Below are positions 14,782 to 24,678 of a stretch of 24,678 bases of DNA, in pieces. Made by a program: the position numbers and the translations under genes. How positions within the stretch are numbered: position 1 is the first letter of the stretch; each line of letters opens with the position of its first letter. The notes under the pieces are model-generated. The model searched no databases, had not been told where the DNA came from, and saw only the letters and a program-made list of their open reading frames with translations. Source of the DNA: Eledone cirrhosa (lineage: Eukaryota); contig CAXHJY010000460.1 in the NCBI GenBank assembly GCA_964016885.1, forward strand, positions 1-24,678, in the 5' to 3' direction.

Positions 14782-14787
<6 letters not shown>
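14752..14787 (+). repeat. Left target-site duplication (36 bp)
   Basis: atttgtcagcattttcttttccttttactaatatat, identical to 15472-15507. Confidence 0.9.
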
Positions 14788-14814
<27 letters not shown>

Positions 14815-15471
14815 TGTATGTATGTATGTATGTATGTATGTGTGTATGTCAGGTCACCAGTTGGTGCTACTGGTAACATGTATCCCAGTACAACCTGTCT
14901 CATGGTCGGGTCGTTGGCGACTAAACTGGCAACCCCACCAAGGTTTCTTGGTGAGGAGGGTGACTTTGGACATCCTGCAGGACTAAAAACAAAACCTGTC
15001 AAAGGGCAAAGGAGCTCTTAAGAGTCAATGGCCATCCAAAATCACCGGGAGAGATGACCCCTTAGCCTTTGTCAAGGCAGAATTCTAGGAGAAGGAAAAC
15101 TCTGATATAACACCTGCAACCCTGATGGTATCCAATGATGTTGACTTGTTCTTCTTTTTGATATCATCTTGGTTAAGAGAGTGGGACTGGCTTTGTGCAG
15201 TGCCTTTACTCACTATAAAAGCTTCACGGCACAGGCATTGCTTTATATCTGGAGATCTCTCTGCACTTGTCGTCACATGGTACCATGGGCCCAGCACTAT
15301 GTGTCAATAATTGTCACAAGTGTAGTGTTTGTGCCAGAGTTTTCATGTTGCAGGCTGGACTAAAAAGTCACACTCGTTCAGCGCATCAATAGGGTTTCTC
15401 CTACATGGATATAAAGTAGTGGCCATACTCGAAAACGAGTTGGCAGCCACCATGTGTGTATGTATGTATGT
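14788..15471 (+). mobile_element. Internally deleted / non-autonomous RTE-clade LINE insertion
   Basis: The 5' part (14846-15030) resembles RTE 5' regions as I recall them (ttggcgactaaactggcaacccc, aaaacctgtcaaagggc). The 3' part has a C2H2 finger, a stop, a short 3' UTR and a (TGTA)n tail. It is flanked by a 36-bp direct repeat. Confidence 0.75.
15315..15392 (+). pseudogene. C-terminal C2H2 zinc-finger remnant of the retroelement ORF
   Basis: Translates HKCSVCARVFMLQAGLKSHTRSAHQ* (C-x2-C-x12-H-x4-H). There is an in-frame stop upstream at 15216-15218. Confidence 0.75.
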
Positions 15472-15507
15472 ATTTGTCAGCATTTTCTTTTCCTTTTACT
15501 AATATAT
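15472..15507 (+). repeat. Right target-site duplication (36 bp)
   Basis: Identical to 14752-14787. Confidence 0.9.
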
Positions 15508-15754
15508 ATATATATATGTATGTATATATGTATATATATATATTGTATATATACAATATATATATATATATATATATACATAGTATATATATATTTTTAT
15601 ATATATATATATATACATAGTATATACATATTGTATATATACTATGTATATATTTATATATATATGTATATATATACATAGTATATATATATATATATAT
15701 ACATAGTATTTATTTATATATATATATATTTATATATATTGTATATATACTATG

Positions 15755-15787
<33 letters not shown>

Positions 15788-16117
15788 ATATATATGTGTG
15801 TGTGTGTGTGTGTATATATGTGTGTGTGTGTGTATATATGTGTGTGTGTGTGTATATATATGTGTGTGTGTGTGTGTGTATATATGTGTGTGTGTGTGTA
15901 TGTATGTATGCATGTGTATATGTATGTACGTAAACATGTGCATCATGAGTATGTATGTATGTATGTAATCATGTATATAGTTACGTATTTATATATGTAT
16001 ATAAATGTATGCGTGTTTATATGTATACATACATACTCTCATATATATTATATACGTATATATATATATATATATACGTATATATATATATATATACGTA
16101 TATATATATATTTATAC

Positions 16118-16151
<34 letters not shown>

Positions 16152-16185
16152 GTATATATATATATATATTCATACGTGTGTGTAT
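15508..16185. repeat. (TA)n/(TG)n compound microsatellite
   Basis: Direct inspection. Confidence 0.95.
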
Positions 16186-16598
16186 ATAACCGATATGGAA
16201 ATCAAAACAGGGAGTAAATTGGTTGTGTATAATTATCTGCAAATAAATCCATAGAAACATATATGCTTAGATCGTTTAATAGTATAATATATATATATAT
16301 GTATATAATTATATATACATAATTATATGTATGTAATTCTATATAATATTATATGAATAATATTAAGTTAATCGTTATATATAATTATATATGAATATAT
16401 ATATATATACCTATATTTTTATTTATTTATATATATATACAGATATAAAATTATATATAATTGTTTATATATATACATAATTATATGTATATAAGTTATA
16501 TTTATATATGTAATTATATATATATGTATATATCTATATATATATATAGATACACACACATATATATCTATATCTATATACACATATAATCATGGCCG

Positions 16599-16643
16599 TT
16601 CCTGATGATTTCGTTCGATCGAAACAGTTCTAGTCTGGTAGAA
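16599..16643 (+). ncRNA. Type I hammerhead-like motif with intact core boxes but weak stem II
   Basis: ttc-CTGATGA (16602-16608), tttcgttcgatc, GAAA (16621-16624), CAG-ttctagt-CTg-GTA, gaa. Stem I is ttc/gaa. Confidence 0.55.
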
Positions 16644-16664
16644 ATCATTTCAATAATACGATGA

Positions 16665-16698
16665 ATACATACATATATAAACATATCAATACATATAT

Positions 16699-16776
<78 letters not shown>

Positions 16777-16928
16777 ATACATATATATACTCATACATAC
16801 ATATATATATACATATATATATACATACAGATATATATATATATATACATACATATATATATGCATACATATATATATACACACATATATATACATACAT
16901 ATATATATATACATACATATATATATAC

Positions 16929-16959
<31 letters not shown>

Positions 16960-17026
16960 CATACATATATATTCATACATATATATATACATGCATATAT
17001 ATATATACATACATATATATATATAC

Positions 17027-17094
<68 letters not shown>

Positions 17095-17097
17095 ACA

Positions 17098-17129
<32 letters not shown>

Positions 17130-17139
17130 CATATATACA

Positions 17140-17179
<40 letters not shown>

Positions 17180-17229
17180 CATACATACATATATATACAT
17201 ACATATATACGTACATATATATATACGTA

Positions 17230-17275
<46 letters not shown>
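16665..17275. repeat. (TA)n/(TACA)n microsatellite
   Basis: Direct inspection. Confidence 0.95.
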
Positions 17276-17277
<2 letters not shown>

Positions 17278-17720
17278 ATTAGATATATGCATGAGTATGT
17301 ATCCGTATATATGTATATATGTCAGCATTCATACATGCATGTGTGCATTTTTGTGCATTTTTAGGCACCCATTGTATAATTTTGTTTCTGTTGTGCATTT
17401 GTTTCTATTGCAAAACTGTTTCCAGCGAAATGGCAAATTTCAATATCTGTTAATTCCATCTGCAACAAGCGTTCATCATAGCAGATGTTTGCTTGAGAGT
17501 GCAAGACAATATATGTATGTGGTAAGACGTGAAAATGTAACTATGTGTGTACGTACGCCATTTTGATAATATTTTACTAGTGTAAAGACGTGACAATGTT
17601 TGTGTATATATGTTTGTATGTGTATGTTTGTTTGTCTGTGTATGTGTGTATTTGTGTGAATGTGTGTGCGTATGTATTTATGTTCTTATGTGTGTATACC
17701 TGTATATATGTGTTTATACG

Positions 17721-17768
<48 letters not shown>

Positions 17769-18072
17769 TATGTATATATGTGTGTATGTATGTTTGCATA
17801 TAAATGTGTGTATGCATGCATGCATGTTTGTATGTATGTATATAAGCATGCATCTTTTTATGTATGTAATATGTACGTAGCTATGTGTCCGTATGTATGT
17901 ATGTAAGTATTTATGTAGTATGTATATATGTATGTATATTTATATATGTATGTACGACATCTTGTCAATAATAAGAAGCATGCAATCCTGACGTACTTAA
18001 CTACAGAAATAAATATACACACGCACACATACGTTTCACACATACATATATACACAAAATTCTTGACAGCTT

Positions 18073-18134
18073 TCTCTCTCTCTCTCTTTCTCTCTACTAT
18101 GTCTACCTCTCTCTCTCTTTCTCTCTACTATGTC

Positions 18135-18174
<40 letters not shown>
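18073..18174. repeat. (CT)n microsatellite with a duplicated actatgtctac interruption
   Basis: Direct inspection. Confidence 0.95.
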
Positions 18175-18176
<2 letters not shown>

Positions 18177-18345
18177 GAAATGAGGGAATATGTTCATTTA
18201 TAGACATATGCAAAGGTGCATGTGTATGTGCTTTTGTATATATATACATACACGTTTGTGTGTACGTGTGGGGTGTATATACCTGTTACGTATCAGTATT
18301 CACACAATTTATATATGCATATATATATGTATACATATAAATGTG

Positions 18346-18408
<63 letters not shown>

Positions 18409-18409
18409 A

Positions 18410-18440
<31 letters not shown>
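18346..18440. repeat. (TATC)n / GATA microsatellite
   Basis: Direct inspection. Confidence 0.95.
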
Positions 18441-18817
18441 AAAGATTTACATATACACAAACTAGGCAAAGTCACAGATATATATGTTTTTGTTTTGGCA
18501 ACCATTCATGATGTGGCTCAATAATGAATTAATAAATTAAATAATCCTTAGAATCATTTGATAAGATATATACTCAATTTCCTCTCCCAATTAGCATAGT
18601 TAACCACACAAAAAATCAATTAGACCAGGCTATAAGATTAAAAGGCACCACTGAAGAAATAGTAGATAATTAAATGACAGCAATCTCTTCGCGGCCAACC
18701 GCCATAGAATACTTACCCAACATTTCAACAGCATGTGGAAATCGATTAAATATAACGTCAACCATACACAATTAAGTATAAAATTAAAGTTAGAAGAAAT
18801 GCATATAAATCTACCAG

Positions 18818-18897
18818 GATTCTACCCTCGGGTTTCGTTCGCATTTGGAAATATCCTATTAAGGATAAAATCTCGAGCTTCGAACTCATCAGGAAAC
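18818..18897 (-). ncRNA. Type I hammerhead ribozyme, complete catalytic core
   Basis: Minus strand: gtTTC-CTGATGA-GTTCG-[insert containing a TATCCT/AGGATA hairpin]-CGAAC-GAAA-CCC-ga-GGG-TA-GAAtc. All conserved core nucleotides are present, with a G10.1-C11.1 pair and a GUA triplet. Predicted cut is between 18823 and 18822. Confidence 0.8.
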
Positions 18898-18999
18898 TAA
18901 CTCGTTTGGACAAATAATATTCTGAAGTGATTCCTGCCAGAATGGGGTACATATGGTGTATACATATTATCAAATGATTCTATGGACATAGTTTATAGT

Positions 19000-20617
<1,618 letters not shown>

Positions 20618-21101
20618 AACACAGAGAGAATAATATTGCTCATACGCGTTTAAAATGACTTGTCAGCCTCTACTTAGAAGCTTTCTATACCGTAACATTT
20701 ATGAACACCCACACATACACTTACATACACACACATACACTTACACATACACACACATATACACATACGCACACACACACACACATTCATTCACACAAAC
20801 ACATACACATTCATGCACATACACACGGCCTTTCCCATTTACATGTATGTATTTATGTTTGTGTTTATGGTATATATTTATATATAAATACGCACACATA
20901 GATCTGTATATAAATGCTCATTCACACAGACACACACACATATATACGTATATATATATATATATATATATACATATATGCACAAACATATCCATGCATA
21001 TATGTAAATATAATCTACACACACATATATTTGCACAAAGACGTACATGCATATATATATATATATATATATCCACAAACATACATAGGTGTATGTATGT
21101 T

Positions 21102-21139
<38 letters not shown>

Positions 21140-21538
21140 TGTACGTCTTTGTGCAAATATATATATGTGTTTATATATATATATATATATGGTTGTGTGT
21201 GTGTGTGTGTGTATAAATATACATATACATATATTTATATATATATATACACACACACACACACAAAGAAGCAGGTGTTGTGTTGATACGCTGTTCAATT
21301 ACTCCTATTATAAATAGCAAATCCCTAGAATAACAACACCTTTGAAATGCAGTATATATCACCATCATATATAGTAGTGTATATATGTATATATACACAC
21401 ATATACATATATATATATATATATGTGTGTGTGTTTATGTACATATGTTTGCATAAGAAACTGTCATGTCGGTGAAGTGATAGATTTGTTATCTAACAAA
21501 AAGGAGCCAATCATAGAATCTCACCGATATATATATGT

Positions 21539-21569
<31 letters not shown>

Positions 21570-21571
21570 CA

Positions 21572-21619
<48 letters not shown>

Positions 21620-21774
21620 GAAGCTGTGTGTGTGGGTGATATATATATTTATGTGTATATATATATATATATGCATACATGGTTATAAAGATACATATGT
21701 ATATATCCATATAAATATATATATACATATATATATGTATATATATATATATGTTTATATATATATATATATCA

Positions 21775-21839
21775 AGACCGGTGCCCCAGCATGGCCTCAG
21801 CCGGATGGCTGAAACAGGTAAAAGAGTAAAAGAGTAAAA
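21775..21839 (+). mobile_element. SINE 3' end with (GTAAAAGA)n tail
   Basis: ccccagcatggcctcagccggatggctgaaacaggtaaaagagtaaaagagtaaaa resembles the recalled 3' end of octopus SINEs and has a tandem tail. Confidence 0.7.
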
Positions 21840-21886
21840 TATATATATATATATGTTTATATATATGTATATATAATATATATGTT

Positions 21887-21989
<103 letters not shown>

Positions 21990-22036
21990 ATTTATATATA
22001 TATATATTTATATATATATATATTTATATATATATA

Positions 22037-22103
<67 letters not shown>

Positions 22104-22310
22104 TTTCTAAAAATAATGAATAATAACAAAGAAACAGTTCCTTATATTAAAAATTCATTATTTTACGATCGTTTCTAGGATATATATGTTTGTGTTGGTA
22201 TGTATATCATATAGATCTATGTAAAAGTTTTACAAACTATCAGAGGGAATATACATACCTACACATATATATGCTGTCTTCAGAAATAATGTATATATAT
22301 ATATATATAA

Positions 22311-22352
<42 letters not shown>

Positions 22353-22422
22353 GCTGCTGTTGCTGCTCATGCTTCTGCTGCTCCTGTTGCTTCTATGTTT
22401 ACTACTAGCACTGCTGCTGCTT

Positions 22423-22462
<40 letters not shown>

Positions 22463-22478
22463 CACTACTGCTACTACT
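22311..22478. repeat. (CTA)n/(CTG)n trinucleotide repeat
   Basis: Direct inspection. Confidence 0.95.
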
Positions 22479-23019
22479 CTTTTGTAAAGCAACAGCGTTG
22501 ATATCATGAATCGCTGAGAGAGAGAGGCAGAAAGAGAAACATACAGAGTAAGAGAGAGATGACGATAAAGAGTGAGGGGGGGGGAGAGGATGTGAGAAAA
22601 TAAAGGAAAGAAAATGGCGTCGATTATTTTATTCCTCTAATGCAAAAGGACCTAAAGAAGGCAAACCGGAAGTAGAAATGTTTTCGGTGTCAGGTGATGG
22701 TATATGACGTAGGTTGGAGTGGGTTGGGGCGTGGGTTTTTTTTTGTTGGGGGGGGGGGGAAGAATGTTTTGCTGTTGAAGTATGTTTTGTGATGCACAAA
22801 ATACAAATATAAAACTAGTATATTATCTCTCTTTTGAGATGGACATGCCGCTACCGCCACCTACCGACCAAAGATATGAAAACGACCACTTTAATCACAA
22901 GCACAATCACTACTACCATTGTAATCAGCATTTCCGCCATCTTTGCCATTAATACAGCTGTTACCGAACCATTAACTTTACCATCGCTACCACCAACATA
23001 CAACCATAGCCTCTACCAT

Positions 23020-23560
23020 TCCGATCACTACACAACTTACACCACCACCATAACCATCACCAGCATCACCAACATTATCACTGACACAAGCATTACCGCT
23101 TCCATTGACACACCGACCCACACACCAACAACAACACCATCACCACATCCATCAACCAACAATGACATCATCATCACCATCATCACCACCACCAATACCA
23201 TCACCACCAGCACCACGACCGACACCACCATCACCACCACCGACACCACCATCACCACCACCAGCACCACCATCCTCACCACCATCATCATCATCACCAC
23301 CACCACCAATAACACCACCACCACCACCAGCAATGACACCATCACCACTATCACCCATAACACCACCACCATCACCACCATCATCTCCACCACCAGCACC
23401 ACCATCCTCACCACCATCATCATCACCACCACCACCAATAACACCACCACCACCACCAGCAATGACACCATCACCACTATCACCCATAACACCACCACCA
23501 TCACCACCATCACCACAATCATCCCACCATCCTCCATACCAGCCCCACCACCACCAGTAT
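23020..23560. repeat. (ACC/ATC)n low-complexity tract with an internal ~130-bp tandem duplication
   Basis: ccagcaccaccatcctc at 23261 and 23393; agcaatgacacc at 23329 and 23458. This tract explains the Thr-, Pro-, Gly- and Val-rich ORFs. Confidence 0.85.
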
Positions 23561-23744
23561 TATCAACCATTCTGTTAAACTGCCAACAAAGACAGGAACG
23601 TCGGAAACGAAAGATGTATACCGGAAGTAGTAGTAATAATAATAATAATACATATAATGACAATGTCGATGATGATGGTGATGATGTGTGTATGTATATG
23701 TGTGTGTGTATGTGTACAGTTAGAGATATGGAGAGGCACGGACT

Positions 23745-23793
23745 TACAGTTAGTTTGTGAGATATACAGTTAGTTTGTGAGATATACAGTTAG
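23745..23793 (+). repeat. 20-bp tandem repeat tacagttagtttgtgagata, ~2.5 copies
   Basis: Direct inspection. Confidence 0.9.
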
Positions 23794-23796
23794 ATT

Positions 23797-23850
<54 letters not shown>

Positions 23851-23852
<2 letters not shown>

Positions 23853-24009
23853 AAAAAGTATGACCCCGACGGCAGAGCTCAGAAATAGCCGTCGAAACGG
23901 CTTGAGATCTGCCGTCGGGTCATACTTTTTCCTATTTCCCACTCTACTACCCTAAGTATTGAGTACTCTGGTGCGTTATGGTCCACCTGGTTCCTTACCA
24001 CAATTCCTT

Positions 24010-24040
<31 letters not shown>

Positions 24041-24222
24041 ACGAAGGAAATCTGGTAAGGAACCAGGTGGACCATAACGCACCAAAGTACTCAATACTTA
24101 GGGTAGTAGAGTGGGTAAAAGGAACGAGTAAGACCCAACGGCTGAGCTCAAGCCTTTCCGACGGCTAATTCTGAATTAGCTGTCGAAACGGCTTGAGCTC
24201 AGCCGTCGGGGTCCTACTCGTT

Positions 24223-24224
<2 letters not shown>
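23851..24224. mobile_element. Tail-to-tail pair of foldback mini-elements carrying hammerhead 3' halves, separated by (TA)n
   Basis: 23938-24013 is the reverse complement of 24039-24114 (4 mismatches). Internal hairpins at 23851-23881/23903-23932 and 24121-24171/24173-24224. GAAA-CGGCT-tgagctc-AGCCG-TC at 24185-24207 and GAAA-CGGC-ttgagatct-GCCG-TC at 23894-23916. Confidence 0.85.
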
Positions 24225-24259
<35 letters not shown>

Positions 24260-24383
24260 AGTAACAAGTTATCGTTAGGTAATCCAGTTAGAGGTTGTGA
24301 GTACTCTGGTCTTGGATAGTTTTAACATACGGCTTTGTTTAACTCAACAAGTTATACAGCCAACCATGTTACTCTTCATTCTT

Positions 24384-24445
<62 letters not shown>

Positions 24446-24510
24446 ATATATGTGCGTGTGTGTGTAAAAGAAACCAAAAAACGCTTACATACTCAAACAG
24501 TTTTTAATTT

Positions 24511-24555
24511 GCTTACAATGTTTCATCCATACCGTTTGATAGGAATCATCAGAGC
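24511..24555 (-). ncRNA. Minimal type I hammerhead ribozyme, complete core
   Basis: Minus strand: GCT-CTGATGA-tTCC-tatc-aaac-ggta-t-GGAt-GAAA-C-att-G-TA-AGC. Stem I is GCT/AGC and the triplet is GUA. Predicted cut is between 24514 and 24513. There is a U-U at the base of stem II. Confidence 0.75.
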
Positions 24556-24678
24556 TTAATAAACACAGTGCTGAGTATAAGCTCAGTTCGATCTGTATCG
24601 ATCTAGCCCGACTCTATAACCAAATGCACGTCAGACCTCTTTGTTGGTAATGATGGAATTCCGCCATTACCTCCAAAG

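Noticed and set aside
21798-21822. AGCC-ggat-GGCT-GAAA-C-ag-GTA as a hammerhead 3' half
   Set aside because: There is no CUGAnGA upstream, and it is better explained as the 3' stem-loop of a SINE.
22278-22284. Isolated CTGAAGA on the minus strand
   Set aside because: No stem II or GAAA follows it.
22834-23760. 308-aa Thr-rich mucin-like ORF
   Set aside because: It starts at TTG, is built on ACC/ATC triplets that are open in several frames on both strands, runs into microsatellite, and has no recognisable domain.

Overview
Eukaryotic, very AT-rich, microsatellite-dominated DNA. The SINE and RTE fragments and the (TA)n density resemble octopus/cephalopod genomic DNA (inferred from recalled repeat sequences, not from a search). 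I find no credible host protein-coding gene: almost all ORF-track entries are translations of (TA)n, (TG)n or (ACC)n repeats. Recognisable parts are a ~6.1 kb G/T-rich minisatellite (8447-14564), an internally deleted RTE-type LINE with a C2H2 finger and a 36-bp target-site duplication (14752-15507), three SINE fragments and small MITE-like hairpins. The most interesting signal is in the short unique islands between the (TA)n tracts. About ten loci carry all or part of a type I hammerhead ribozyme core (CUGAnGA-stem II-GAAA-stem III-NUH). Two have a complete core (18818-18897 and 24511-24555, both minus strand). Several sit in foldback (palindromic) cassettes and share flanking motifs. This points to a family of non-autonomous, ribozyme-bearing, Penelope-like/retrozyme-like mini-elements associated with (TA)n.
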